Shown here in pieces: positions 39,739-49,785 of a stretch of 64,000 nt of DNA (positions are counted from its first letter, which is position 1; the number at the start of each line of letters is the position of its first letter). The notes beneath the pieces were generated by a model. That model made no database searches and had not been told where the DNA came from. It saw only the letters and a list, made by a program, of their open reading frames with translations. Source of the DNA: Vulcanimicrobiota bacterium. GTDB taxonomy: Bacteria; Vulcanimicrobiota; Vulcanimicrobiia; Vulcanimicrobiales; Vulcanimicrobiaceae. The stretch lies in contig OY970223.1 of NCBI GenBank assembly GCA_963714015.1, positions 1,504,001-1,568,000 on the forward strand. The letters run 5' to 3'. The position numbers and the translations under genes were made by a program.

Positions 39739-40233
39739 TTGGATTTTCCGAAGTTTCAGCGACTGGTCGAAGAGCGTGCGGGTTTCCGCACTATGGAGAA
39801 CGCAACCGCGAGCGGCGAGTACTTCAGCGACTCGTGCGGCGATATGTACAACTTCTTTTTGAAAGTCGGACCGGGCGCGATTATCGAGGACATCTCCTAT
39901 TTCACGACCGGCTGCGGTTTCGGAACGGCGACGTGCAGCCTAGTCGTCGATGCCGCCAAGGGCAAGACGATCGAAGAAGCCGCGGCGATCACGACCGGCG
40001 ACATCGAGGGCGCGCTCGGCGGTTATCCGGAGAAGAAGAAAGATTACCCGCAGCGGGCGCTCGAAGCGCTGCACGTCGCCATCGACGACTACCGCACGAA
40101 GGTTGCGGGCGGCGCAATTCCCGATTTCGGCTCCATGCCGGCTCCCGAGCGCCAAGAGCAGGCGGCACCGGCCCAAGAAGCGGCCCCTTCAGCACCGGCT
40201 GACGACGAAAAGATTCTGATCAAACTGCGCTGA
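39739..40233 (+). CDS. IscU/NifU_N-like protein
   Basis: SCGDMY, TGCGFGTATCS, KGKTIEEA. Confidence 0.8.
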   Translation: MDFPKFQRLVEERAGFRTMENATASGEYFSDSCGDMYNFFLKVGPGAIIEDISYFTTGCGFGTATCSLVVDAAKGKTIEEAAAITTGDIEGALGGYPEKKKDYPQRALEALHVAIDDYRTKVAGGAIPDFGSMPAPERQEQAAPAQEAAPSAPADDEKILIKLR

Positions 40234-40242
40234 CGCGCTGCC

Positions 40243-41109
40243 TCACATGTTGGGTTTGAACGTGACCTTGAACAGGTAGGTCGAGGGCACGTTTTGGCAA
40301 TACGCGACGGCGTTCTTGTAGGTCGAACCCTTGGCCGCAGACAATGCAGCGTCGTCGAACGCGGCGACTCCCGACGGCCCCGAAACCCAGGCGTCTGCCA
40401 AAGTGCCGTCTGCGGTAATCGCGACGGTCACGTCAACCGTCCTCGTTCCCGTGGATAGTCCACGCGCACTCTGCGGATACTGAGGCCGGGCCTGGTTCAG
40501 TACAGTTGCATCGGAGGATGGTTGAGCGCAATCCGTCTTCTCGAGCGGCTTTGAAGCCTTCGGCGCGATAATCACCGCATCGGCTGCAGGCGGCGCATGC
40601 AGAACGTCCAGAGCGTGAGTCGTGAACATTTGCATCGGCCGCCCCGGTGGAGCCTGCCGCGTGTGACCAGGCGGCGGAGGCAGACACTGGAACAGGCCTT
40701 GGCTTTGCCAACCGAACGAATCTCCTTGGCTCTGTGCCGTATTCACCCAGGAGCTCTCGAGCCGAACGCTCGACGGGAACCGCAAGTACATTACGGGCGA
40801 AGCCCATTCGCGCCGGACGAACGAAGTCCACGGCCCGTAATACGTTCTATCTTTTTCGGTAAGGTCGACGCGCGGAAGATCTGCGGTAAACCATCCTGCG
40901 GCGGTGTCGAACGCAAGGCTCGCAAGAACCGTGCGCGGGCCATAGGCCTCCAATTCAAAACCGTAAACTTGCGCACTGCCGTCGCTCGCCGGGTCGACTT
41001 TTTGAATGTTCAGCCTCGCGGGACAAAACTCCGCATAGGCCAGTGCGGCTCGGTGATTTAAAGCCAGAAAGCCTGCGCATAGAAGCAGGCTTAGAAACAC
41101 CCGTTTCAT
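40243..41109 (-). CDS. Secreted protein with a C-terminal TonB_C-like domain
   Basis: Signal peptide; PQYPQSAR...SGVAAFDDAALSAA. Confidence 0.7.
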   Translation of the reverse strand: MKRVFLSLLLCAGFLALNHRAALAYAEFCPARLNIQKVDPASDGSAQVYGFELEAYGPRTVLASLAFDTAAGWFTADLPRVDLTEKDRTYYGPWTSFVRREWASPVMYLRFPSSVRLESSWVNTAQSQGDSFGWQSQGLFQCLPPPPGHTRQAPPGRPMQMFTTHALDVLHAPPAADAVIIAPKASKPLEKTDCAQPSSDATVLNQARPQYPQSARGLSTGTRTVDVTVAITADGTLADAWVSGPSGVAAFDDAALSAAKGSTYKNAVAYCQNVPSTYLFKVTFKPNM

Positions 41110-41121
41110 TTTTCAGCTCCT

Positions 41122-41955
41122 TTACTGACCCGATTTAAACGTGACCGTGAGATAGAAAATCGAAGGTACGGCTTGGCAGTAAAGACGCGCTGCCTGATAT
41201 GTGGACGCCTGTGCGGCAGCTAGCGCCGCTGCGTCGAGGGTGGCGTCGTCTGCTGTTCCCTGCACCCAGGCGTCTGCGATGGAGTTGTCGGGATCGATCG
41301 CGACCGCCACAATGCTCGTTCCGGATGCGCCGACCGCGCGGGCCGCGTCGGGATAGTTGGTCTTGGCTTCTTTGACGACCCGGGCCGTAGAGAACGGCTG
41401 CGCGCAAGCAGTGCCTTCTAATGGGTTGCGTGATACGGCGGTCAGAACCGATTGCGTCGAATTGGGCGGGGCGGAAAGACCGGTGAGGTCCGCAAGCGAG
41501 TACTTTGGATCGGCCCATGCTTCCGCGTCGGGCGTGCAAGACACTTTACCGCGATCGCTCCAGTGGAACACGTCGCCGAACGATGCTGCACTGATGACGA
41601 ATGCACGATCGACACGCACGGCGGACGGAAAACGGACGTACACGATCGGCGATACCGACAAGGCAATATCGACCGGGTACGTCAAGGGAATCGTCCGCGT
41701 GGACCCGCTCAAGGCCGTTTGCGGGACGTCGACCTGAAACCAGCCGGCGCTCGTGTCGAATGCAACTCGGGCCGAGACTTGCCTATCGCTGAGCGCGCGT
41801 AGTTGCAGGCCGTACGTTTGCGAGCTTCCCCCATGCGGCGCAACCGGCGCGACGTCGGCAATTGCCGGACAAAACTCCGTCGTGGCAAAGGCGCGGTCAT
41901 GACAAACGGCGAGCAAACCCAAACAGCAAAGGACCGAGGCGAGCAAAGGCTTCAT
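41122..41955 (-). CDS. Secreted protein with a C-terminal TonB_C-like domain (paralog)
   Basis: Shared EFCPA, AFDTSAGWF, SPIVYVRFP; YPDAAR...LDAAALAAA. Confidence 0.7.
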   Translation of the reverse strand: MKPLLASVLCCLGLLAVCHDRAFATTEFCPAIADVAPVAPHGGSSQTYGLQLRALSDRQVSARVAFDTSAGWFQVDVPQTALSGSTRTIPLTYPVDIALSVSPIVYVRFPSAVRVDRAFVISAASFGDVFHWSDRGKVSCTPDAEAWADPKYSLADLTGLSAPPNSTQSVLTAVSRNPLEGTACAQPFSTARVVKEAKTNYPDAARAVGASGTSIVAVAIDPDNSIADAWVQGTADDATLDAAALAAAQASTYQAARLYCQAVPSIFYLTVTFKSGQ

Positions 41956-42530
41956 GCGGGGCCTATTTTGCGCACCGGCGCCGCGCGGCCTTGTAACGGT
42001 GCGCGGACACGCGGTTCGTAGTGCGTGGTGCGGCCCGCCGGGAGCGATTCGAAGAGCGTGAGCTCTTTCACGCTGAGGCGAACCGGCTTGAAGTCGAGCA
42101 CGGGCAGGTGCGCGTTGCCTTCCTTTACGCGAGCGATGGTCACGTGAGTGACGGCGTCTTTTTCAAAATTGAACCCTAAACGGCCGTATTCGATGCGCAG
42201 CGCTGCCGCAACGTTGCGGAACTCTTCGCCCTGCTCACGGCAGCCTATCCAGATGATCCGCGGCTTGCGTTCGTGCGGAAACGCGCCGACCTTGTCGAAC
42301 TGCAGCGTGAATCCTTTGCATGCCGAGGCAGCCGCTCGCAACGCCTGCGCAATCGGTTCCACCTGGTCGGCGTCGACCCAGCCTAGAAAGGCAAGGGTCA
42401 CGTGAAGTTTCTGCGCAGGTTCGAAGCGAGCGCGGACACCTTGCGCCTCCAACCGCGCGGCGATTTGCGCGCACTCACGGCGCACGCGTGAATCCAGATC
42501 GATACCGGCGAAGAGCTTTGGGCGGTACAC
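41952..42530 (-). CDS. thpR: RNA 2',3'-cyclic phosphodiesterase (2H family)
   Basis: Two HxT motifs: LHVTLAFLG and THVTIAR. Confidence 0.88.
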   Translation of the reverse strand: MYRPKLFAGIDLDSRVRRECAQIAARLEAQGVRARFEPAQKLHVTLAFLGWVDADQVEPIAQALRAAASACKGFTLQFDKVGAFPHERKPRIIWIGCREQGEEFRNVAAALRIEYGRLGFNFEKDAVTHVTIARVKEGNAHLPVLDFKPVRLSVKELTLFESLPAGRTTHYEPRVRAPLQGRAAPVRKIGPA

Positions 42531-42534
42531 TATT

Positions 42535-43182
42535 TTACTGCAGGTAGGGATTCTCGTTGCGCTCGACGCCGACCGTCGTGGCCGGTCCATGTCCAGGAAC
42601 GACTTGGGTATCGTCCGCATACGGCAGCAACTTGCGTTGAATGCTCGCAACGATGTCCTCCATCGACGTACCGCCCAGATCCCAACGCCCGATCGAGCCT
42701 GCGAACAACGTGTCTCCGGAAAAAACGGTGTGCTCGTCGAGCGCGAAGCAGACGCTTCCGGGCGTGTGTCCCGGCGTATGCAAAACTTCTATCGTCGATG
42801 GGCCGATGTCGATACGGTCGCCGTCGGCAAGGTCTCCGTCCAGTTGCACGATTCTCGGCGCGTTACTCATCCCCAGCCAGCTCGCCTGAACCTCGAGCGC
42901 ATGATAGAGCGGGATGTCGGCCGGATGCAGCAGCGCGCGTCCGCCGGCGCGTTCGCGAAGCGCTTGTAAATCGCCGATGTGATCGATGTGCGCGTGCGTA
43001 TGCAGCAGATACTTCGCCCGCACGTTGAGCGCGGTGAGGCGCCGATCGACCTCTGCCGCGCCGTCGCCGCCGTCGATCACGATGGCCTCTCCGCTTGCCT
43101 GGTCGGCAAGGATAGTGCAGTTGCATGCCAGCGGCCCCACGGCGAACGTCTCTATAAGCACGTCGCGGCTTTCTGCGCCCAT
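42535..43182 (-). CDS. MBL-fold hydrolase (glyoxalase II-like)
   Basis: THAHIDH, TPGHTPG, GDTLF, PGHG. Confidence 0.88.
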   Translation of the reverse strand: MGAESRDVLIETFAVGPLACNCTILADQASGEAIVIDGGDGAAEVDRRLTALNVRAKYLLHTHAHIDHIGDLQALRERAGGRALLHPADIPLYHALEVQASWLGMSNAPRIVQLDGDLADGDRIDIGPSTIEVLHTPGHTPGSVCFALDEHTVFSGDTLFAGSIGRWDLGGTSMEDIVASIQRKLLPYADDTQVVPGHGPATTVGVERNENPYLQ

Positions 43183-43223
43183 GGTCCTAACTCCAGGCCC
43201 CGCCTTGCCGATATTCAAGAGCG

Positions 43224-43760
43224 GTGGACATCAATTTGGACTTGGCGCAAGTGCAGGCGCGGATCGCCGAAATTTCGGGAGCCGCGGCGGCCGGAGCGCG
43301 CTCGAGCGGCTCCTCGCCGTTCGCAACGATGGTTTCCGGCTTGGTAGGCGCGCAGTCCGGCGCATCGCCGGGCACGGGCATGCAATGGCCGGTTTCCGGA
43401 AACATCACCTCCCCGTTTGGTGAACGCAAGAATCCCCTTGGAGCCGGCGACGATTTTCACCCCGGCGTCGACATCGCCGCGGACAGCGGTACGCCGATCG
43501 GAGCGGCCGCGCCCGGGCGCGTGATTTCAGCCGGGCCGGACGGCGGCTACGGCAATTTAATCGTGTTGGACAATGGAAACGGCGTAACGACGCGCTACGC
43601 GCACTGCTCGCAGATATTGGCGCGTGTGGGCGAGATCGTCGGCGCGGGACAAACGATCGGCGCGGTCGGTTCGACCGGCGCTTCTACGGGACCTCATCTG
43701 CATTTCGAGGTTCGAGTCAACGACAAGCCCGTCGATCCGGTTCCACTGCTTCAGCACTAG
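43224..43760 (+). CDS. M23 family metallopeptidase
   Basis: HPGVD, YAH, STGPHLHFEV. Confidence 0.88.
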   Translation: MDINLDLAQVQARIAEISGAAAAGARSSGSSPFATMVSGLVGAQSGASPGTGMQWPVSGNITSPFGERKNPLGAGDDFHPGVDIAADSGTPIGAAAPGRVISAGPDGGYGNLIVLDNGNGVTTRYAHCSQILARVGEIVGAGQTIGAVGSTGASTGPHLHFEVRVNDKPVDPVPLLQH

Positions 43761-44503
43761 ACGTTCAAGTCGACGATCAGCGCGGAGTGATCCGTGAGCC
43801 GCTCGAGGCGGAACTCGTGATCGTAGAACGCGTTCGTCACGTCCGGCAATAGCGCCGAAGAAACAAATGCCTTGTCGAGCCGCCATCCGTTGTGGCGCTC
43901 CGGCCTTCCCATGCGCGGGTACCATGAATATTCGAGGACGCCGGGATTGCAGTGCACCCACGCTTCAGTCCAGCGTTCTTCCAGTGCCGCGTACAGGCCG
44001 GCAGTGCTGAACTCATCCGCTAATCGTTTCCGGCCCACGTTCGCCTCGATGTCGGTGGCGTTCCGGCCCGAGTTGAAATCGCCGATTGCCATCGCCGGGA
44101 TCGACGCGTCATTGGCGGCTCCGGCAAAATTGATGAGATAGGAGAGATGCGGGCGCTTGCGATCTTGTCCCGGAAGATAACAACCGATGACGTGGAGATC
44201 GCCGAATACGCACTCGATCATCGCCGCGGGATATGCATCGTGGGAGAAACCGGCGGGATTGTATATCGGCGTGAAGGCCGCGCTCGCTGCGACCAGCACG
44301 CCGTTGCCGCGGTGTCCGGCGGAATACGCCTGGTATGCCAGGCCGCTCTCGCGCATTACGGCGCGGATGCGAGCACCGCTCGCCGTGTCGCGAAATTCGC
44401 TGAACACGTAGATCGACGCCTCGTATGAGATCGCGCGTTCGAGCAAAGCGTCGATCTTGGTACTGGTACCCCCGGCTCTGACGTTGACGGCCAGAATGCG
44501 CAT
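43757..44503 (-). CDS. Endonuclease/exonuclease/phosphatase (ExoIII-like)
   Basis: AVNV, GDFN, YSW, WRLD, TDH. Confidence 0.8.
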   Translation of the reverse strand: MRILAVNVRAGGTSTKIDALLERAISYEASIYVFSEFRDTASGARIRAVMRESGLAYQAYSAGHRGNGVLVAASAAFTPIYNPAGFSHDAYPAAMIECVFGDLHVIGCYLPGQDRKRPHLSYLINFAGAANDASIPAMAIGDFNSGRNATDIEANVGRKRLADEFSTAGLYAALEERWTEAWVHCNPGVLEYSWYPRMGRPERHNGWRLDKAFVSSALLPDVTNAFYDHEFRLERLTDHSALIVDLNV

Positions 44504-45001
44504 TTACTCTACGCGAATGTCGAAGTCGTGAAAGCCGCCGTTGTAGTAACCCAACGGCGAGCCCGGACGCGATGCGCACGAGAGCACGCTGCCGATGAAG
44601 ATGCTATGGGATCCCGCGTGGTGCTCCTCAGCGACGCGGCAGTCCAAGTGGGCGACGGTTCCTGCCAAAACCGCAGCGCCGGTGGCATCGACGCGGAAGT
44701 CGACCCCTTCGAATTGGCGGTCGCGGCGCTTTCCGGAAAATCGTTCCGCCAGGTCGCGTTGATCCGCCGCCAGAAAGTTGACGCAGAAGATCTTTGACGT
44801 AGAGATGTACAGATAGCTGCGCGCTTCGCGATTGATGCAGATGAGTATCAGCGGCGGATCGGCGGAGACGCTGGCAAACGAACTAACCGTAAGTCCGCGC
44901 GGTTCGCCTTCACGTAAGCTCGTTACCACCGTCACGCCCGTGGGAAAGTGCCGCATCGCCGCCTTGAACTCTTCGGGCGACGGTGCCCGGTAGGCGTTCA
45001 C
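44504..45001 (-). CDS. Flavin reductase-like protein
   Basis: FPTGVTVVT, SVSADPP, GSHSIFIG. Confidence 0.88.
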   Translation of the reverse strand: MNAYRAPSPEEFKAAMRHFPTGVTVVTSLREGEPRGLTVSSFASVSADPPLILICINREARSYLYISTSKIFCVNFLAADQRDLAERFSGKRRDRQFEGVDFRVDATGAAVLAGTVAHLDCRVAEEHHAGSHSIFIGSVLSCASRPGSPLGYYNGGFHDFDIRVE

Positions 45002-45561
45002 CGAATTCTCGCGCCTATGCCGAGCCCTTCGCCAAGCGGCAGAATGGTGGCGTCCAAATCGGAGTGCTCGAGAAATCTTCGATTGAAGCGGTCGTCCCCA
45101 TCGTCTCTGAGCAAGCCGTAGAAGACGATGAGACCGGAGAGCTTGAGCAGTGGAAAACAATGGTCGAGATAGTCGTCGTAGTCGGTCCGCGGCGCGTCGA
45201 CGAAAACGACGTCCATGTTGCGTTGCGGAAAAATCGGCAGCACTTCGAGCGCGGGCTGATTGACGATCTCGATGTAGTCGTCTTCCCCCGCCCGCGCAAA
45301 ATACGACTGCGCAATCTCGGTCCGATCGCAGTCCGGATCGAAGGTCCAAATCTTGCCCAGCGGCGGCTGAGCGAGCGCCATCCACAGCGTTGCATATCCG
45401 TAGGCCGTCCCGATCTCCATGATGCGGTTGGCTTGCATGGCATGGACGAGCGTCGAGAGCAGCTTTCCCACCGGCCTGGGGATCAGCGTAACGTCCTCTT
45501 TGCGCGAATGCTGCTCGAGCTCAAGCAGAAGCGGATTCGGATGGGGGACGTCGTGGTACAT
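44998..45561 (-). CDS. O-methyltransferase
   Basis: MEIGTAYGYA, VFVDA. Confidence 0.85.
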   Translation of the reverse strand: MYHDVPHPNPLLLELEQHSRKEDVTLIPRPVGKLLSTLVHAMQANRIMEIGTAYGYATLWMALAQPPLGKIWTFDPDCDRTEIAQSYFARAGEDDYIEIVNQPALEVLPIFPQRNMDVVFVDAPRTDYDDYLDHCFPLLKLSGLIVFYGLLRDDGDDRFNRRFLEHSDLDATILPLGEGLGIGARIR

Positions 45562-45644
45562 CCGTAGCCCAGTTTGTTTAACGGCCTGCGATTCCCCGTC
45601 GCTGTCCGGCAGGCGCGCTTTCGGCGGCGAGGGAAAGGGCCCGG

Positions 45645-46358
45645 ATGCCCACGCGGCTGCGGCTGTTTCCGCTCAACGCCGTGCTCTTTCCGGGAGCAGT
45701 GCTCAATCTGCACGTCTTCGAACCGCGCTACAAGCAGATGATCGCCGAGTGCGTGGAAGCCGGAGAAAATTTCGGCGTCGTTCTGATTCGCGAGGGTCAA
45801 GAAGCCGGTGATCCGTCCGTCGAACCGCATCAAATCGGATCGATTGCCGAAATACTCGAAGTAACTCCCCTTCCGTTCGAACGCTTTTACATCTCCACTG
45901 TCGGCCGGCAGCGTTTCCGTATACGGCGCATTCTCACGCGCGAACCTTACCTTACCGTGGAAGCGGATGTTCTCGAAGACGAGGACGGTCACGACGTCGA
46001 GGCCGATCGGATTCACAGCGAAGTTAGGGAAGCGTTCAAGGAGTATCTGGAGCTCATCGTGCAGTTCAGCGGTCAGCAGGCGGTGATGGATCTGCCGCAC
46101 GACGCGCGCGCGACGTCATACGCGATCGGCGACGCGCTGCAAGTCGCAGATCCGGTCAAGCAGCGGCTGCTGGAGATCGACGGCACCCAGCAGCGGCTGC
46201 GCGCCGAGCTGCGATTTCTCAAGCGCCTGCTGCCGCAACTTCGACTTTTGCTCGAGCGGCGCGAAGAAGAACTTCAGGCCCGTAAAGATCGCGGCGACGA
46301 AGATGCCGCGCGAAACGATCAAGAGCGCTTCTTCGGAAAGTATTTCAGCGCAAACTCA
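45645..46358 (+). CDS. LON substrate-binding-domain protein; stop probably lost by an indel near 46356
   Basis: LFPLNAVLFPG, LHVFEPRY, GRQRF; ORF otherwise reads through antisense to folD. Confidence 0.8.
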
Positions 46359-47222
46359 GCTCGGTCGAGCGCGGCGCTGCAGTTCGGCAGCTTTGATGAC
46401 GTTGCGCAGGAGCGCGACGTTGGTTACCGGTCCCACACCTCCTGGAACAGGCGTGATGGCTCCCGCGACTTCGACTGCGGAAGCAAAATCGACGTCGCCT
46501 TTGAGCTCGCCCTGGACCACCGTCGTGCCCACGTCGATGACCGTTGCGCCCGGCGCGACGTCGGCGCCGTTTATCAATCCCGGGACCCCGGTTGCCACGA
46601 CGACGATGTCCGCCATCCGCACGTACGGCTGGAGCGCGGCGGATTCTTTGTGGAGGACGGTAACCGTTGCATCGTGCGCGAGCATCAGCATCGCCACCGG
46701 AGCGCCGACTACGACCGATCTGCCGATCATCACGGCGTTCTTGCCGAGCAGAGGCCAGTGCGGGCTGCGTTCGAGCAGAAGCATCACAGCCGCCGGCGTT
46801 GCAGGCACGAATTCGGCGCCGCTTCCGAACGCCAAATGACCTTGGTTGGTCGGATGCGTTCCGTCCACGTCCTTATGACGCGGAATCGCGTCGGCAATGG
46901 TGCGTATTGAAAGATGCGGCGGAAGAGGCTGCTGAAGGATGACGCCGTGTACGGCGGGGTCCGTCGCCAGATTGGATAGTCGCTCGCGGATCGCGGATGC
47001 CGTCACCGAGGCCGGGAGGTCGTCGACGTGGACCGCGATCCCGACGCGTTCACCGGTCTTGACCAGATTGCGCACGTAGGCGAGCGATGACTCGTCCTCG
47101 CCCACGAGCGTGACGAGCAGCCGGGGATGAACCCCTGCTTCGCGAAGCGCAGTACTGCGATCGAGCAATTCTGCGCGCAGTTCGGCGGCGACGGCGCGAC
47201 CGTCGAGGATGAGTGCCGGCAC
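46356..47222 (-). CDS. folD: Methylenetetrahydrofolate dehydrogenase/cyclohydrolase
   Basis: KDVDG, PATP, GRSVVVG, GDVDF, TPVPGGVGPVT. Confidence 0.95.
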   Translation of the reverse strand: MPALILDGRAVAAELRAELLDRSTALREAGVHPRLLVTLVGEDESSLAYVRNLVKTGERVGIAVHVDDLPASVTASAIRERLSNLATDPAVHGVILQQPLPPHLSIRTIADAIPRHKDVDGTHPTNQGHLAFGSGAEFVPATPAAVMLLLERSPHWPLLGKNAVMIGRSVVVGAPVAMLMLAHDATVTVLHKESAALQPYVRMADIVVVATGVPGLINGADVAPGATVIDVGTTVVQGELKGDVDFASAVEVAGAITPVPGGVGPVTNVALLRNVIKAAELQRRARPS

Positions 47223-47256
47223 GGCTTCGCGGATTCGTTCGGCAAAGGAGTCAAAC

Positions 47257-47538
47257 CTGGAACACGTCCGTAGGGAAGTACGACTCGGCCGGCATTTCAC
47301 TTCGGCTGATTTCGAACGCGCATTCGCGAGCTTCCGCCAGATGTATCAGGTCCGGCCGAAAAGTGTGCTTTGCAGTCCGGACGTATTGGTACGGTACTGC
47401 GAGTTGTTCGAGCGCGCCGATGATGCGCACCGTCGCGAAGTGCGCTTCGAGGGCGTGCGGATCGTAACGGCGATCTTGCCCGCAGGCACTGTGGCGTTCG
47501 AGGGTGAGGTTGACGAGGATCGGATGGGAGATTGGTGA
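47257..47538 (+). CDS. Hypothetical protein; probable CTG start
   Basis: AAGGAG-TCAAAC-CTG; ends FEGEVDEDRMGDW. Confidence 0.65.
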   Translation: MEHVRREVRLGRHFTSADFERAFASFRQMYQVRPKSVLCSPDVLVRYCELFERADDAHRREVRFEGVRIVTAILPAGTVAFEGEVDEDRMGDW

Positions 47539-48074
47539 GAAGCCGCTTCACCTGGCTCTATTGGATTGCGGGCATCGTTATCGCGGTCGCCGTGATTGCG
47601 GTGTACTTTCTCGGCGGAAGCGGCGGCGCAGGCAGCGGTCCGGAATCGTTGGCCGGTAAGCCGGCGCCGAGCTTTACCGTTCAACGCATGGGGGGCGGGA
47701 CCGGCGGGTTGGACGCCTATCGAGGACACGTGGTCGTAATGAACCTTTGGGCGACGTGGTGTCCGCCGTGCCGCGCCGAAATGCCGGATCTCCAGCGGCT
47801 GTATCAAAGCTACGCATCCCGCGACGTCGTCGTGCTGGGCGTGGATCAGGGCGAGTCCGGAATGCGCGCCGCCGAGTTTGCGCAAGCGCTCGGTATTCGT
47901 TATCCGATCCTCATCGACGAGCAGCAGCAGTACGGACGAGTGTACGCCGCTCTGGGCATGCCCACGACGATAGTCATCGATCGTCGCGGCGTGGTAGTGC
48001 GCGGGTTCGACGGCGCGCTCTCTTACGATCAGATGGTCGCCGCAATTGCACCGCTCGTAGCCAAGTCTTCGTGA
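47532..48074 (+). CDS. TlpA/ResA thiol:disulfide oxidoreductase
   Basis: N-terminal TM segment, WATWCPPC, cis-Pro MPTT. Confidence 0.9.
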   Translation: MVRSRFTWLYWIAGIVIAVAVIAVYFLGGSGGAGSGPESLAGKPAPSFTVQRMGGGTGGLDAYRGHVVVMNLWATWCPPCRAEMPDLQRLYQSYASRDVVVLGVDQGESGMRAAEFAQALGIRYPILIDEQQQYGRVYAALGMPTTIVIDRRGVVVRGFDGALSYDQMVAAIAPLVAKSS

Positions 48075-48955
48075 CGGCGTTTTGGGTTTTGTGCGCTTGC
48101 GCCTGTGGTATGGTGCTGGCGCAGGATGCATTTCCCGGGTCGCCGGTCTATCATTACGGATGGTACAACGCGATAATCGTCGCCCTATTCGTAATTGCGG
48201 CAATGCAGAAGAAGCGTAACTCGCTTGCAGCGTTCGGGTGCGCGATCGTCGTGTTCGCCGGCGTTGCGAGCGGCCTGATGGCGCCGGACACGCACGCGGT
48301 TGTCGGTGCGCCGGGCGCCACGGTGACGGACGGGGATCTCGGCGGTTCGTTCGTCTTTCCGCTTCAAGGTAACGAAATTATGCTGCAGCGCGGCCGATCT
48401 TCCGTAGCGATCTCGGACGGCCGCCGCTATACCGGCGGCTTCGTTTTGTGGGAAGAGCCGCGCACGGTCGTTTACGTAACCGCGGACGACCTGCGCGGGA
48501 ACCATTTGACGATTACACAGCCGACCAATGCGTCGTTCCTCTCGCCGGTGTTGCTGATGCAGCAGTCCACGGATATCAACGGCATGCACGTGCCGTTCGA
48601 TACCTTCTCCGTTCCGGCTGCGAACCGCAACGTGCGCGCGCTTCTCTTCGACAAACAGCAAACGGCGCTGCTCCAAAACGATCCGCAAATACAAGGCAGG
48701 AATGCCGTGCTTTTCGACGTCACCGATCAAGCGGGCCGCGAAGTTGCCGCCGGCTTAGGGTTCGCGCCGGACGGCGGAAGCGCAAAAGTCGGTGGTTTGG
48801 TCCTGAGGGCGCACGTTTCAACATATCCCGCGGTCGTCGCGGCGGCCGCACCGTATTGGCCGGTTTTGCTGCTCGGAGTGGCAATATTTGCCGCGGCTGC
48901 CGTTCGATCGGTCGCGGCCGGCAGTGACTCGCGCACGACGCGCGAGATTACTTGA
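48071..48955 (+). CDS. Membrane protein, possibly ResB/Ccs1-like
   Basis: 3 N-terminal TM segments, periplasmic domain, C-terminal TM; next to TlpA. Confidence 0.5.
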   Translation: MTAFWVLCACACGMVLAQDAFPGSPVYHYGWYNAIIVALFVIAAMQKKRNSLAAFGCAIVVFAGVASGLMAPDTHAVVGAPGATVTDGDLGGSFVFPLQGNEIMLQRGRSSVAISDGRRYTGGFVLWEEPRTVVYVTADDLRGNHLTITQPTNASFLSPVLLMQQSTDINGMHVPFDTFSVPAANRNVRALLFDKQQTALLQNDPQIQGRNAVLFDVTDQAGREVAAGLGFAPDGGSAKVGGLVLRAHVSTYPAVVAAAAPYWPVLLLGVAIFAAAAVRSVAAGSDSRTTREIT

Positions 48956-49785
48956 TCGAATCACGCATGCTTGCCGTCGTTCTGGCTGCTTTGCTGTGGC
49001 GTACGGTTGGACAGGAGCAAGTGTTTCAGCCGCCGCGCTTGCCGAATCGCACGTTTCTGCAGACGGTGCGGATGATGCGCGGCCGGCCGCTGGAGTACCG
49101 GACCACCGGCGGCGCGGTGCTGCGCGGCGTAGCGCTGCAAAGTACTCGATCGAATGCGCCGTACGTGCTGCTTTTCTATGGAAATTCCGAACTTGCGCAG
49201 TACGAGAACGATCGACTTACATGGCTGCAGCGTCTCGGGTTCAACGCCGTGTGCTTCGACTACCGCGGCTACGGCTATAGCACGGGCACGCCCGACGCCC
49301 GGCACATTCGCGAAGACGCCGTTGCGCTTTACGACTATGTCGTTCGGCGAATGGAGCGGTCCCACGCGCCCGCATTTGTCTACGGCGTCTCCCTCGGGAC
49401 GCAGTTCGCGATACACGTCGCAGCGCTGCGCCCGGTGCGCGGTCTGGTGCTGCAGTCGCCGCCTGCATCGGCCCAAGAAGAGTTGAACGCGTATGGGCGC
49501 CAAGCGCTCGGAATCGCGAGCGGTCTGGTGCAACTGGTCCCGAGCGGCGACGTGCGGCTGATCTTTCAAGGTCGCGCGGAGATTGCGTCCGTGCATGCGC
49601 CGCTGATCGTCGTTCACGGCGATCGCGATAACCTAGTGCCGATCGCTGAAGGCCGCGAGGTCTTCGACGCCGCCGCTGCTGCCGACAAACGTTTTGTGCA
49701 AATTCCCGGCGCAGGGCACGGCGACATCCGGTTTTCACAACCGCCCGCCGGGCCGGCCGTCGCCGAATTTCTACGATCGCATTAG
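48952..49785 (+). CDS. Alpha/beta hydrolase
   Basis: DYRGYG, GVSLG, HGDRD, GAGH. Confidence 0.85.
   Translation: MIESRMLAVVLAALLWRTVGQEQVFQPPRLPNRTFLQTVRMMRGRPLEYRTTGGAVLRGVALQSTRSNAPYVLLFYGNSELAQYENDRLTWLQRLGFNAVCFDYRGYGYSTGTPDARHIREDAVALYDYVVRRMERSHAPAFVYGVSLGTQFAIHVAALRPVRGLVLQSPPASAQEELNAYGRQALGIASGLVQLVPSGDVRLIFQGRAEIASVHAPLIVVHGDRDNLVPIAEGREVFDAAAAADKRFVQIPGAGHGDIRFSQPPAGPAVAEFLRSH

Noticed and set aside
45645..46910. 421-aa ORF overlapping folD antisense as a real overlapping gene
   Set aside because: The LON-domain protein likely ends at KYFSAN; removing one base restores a stop
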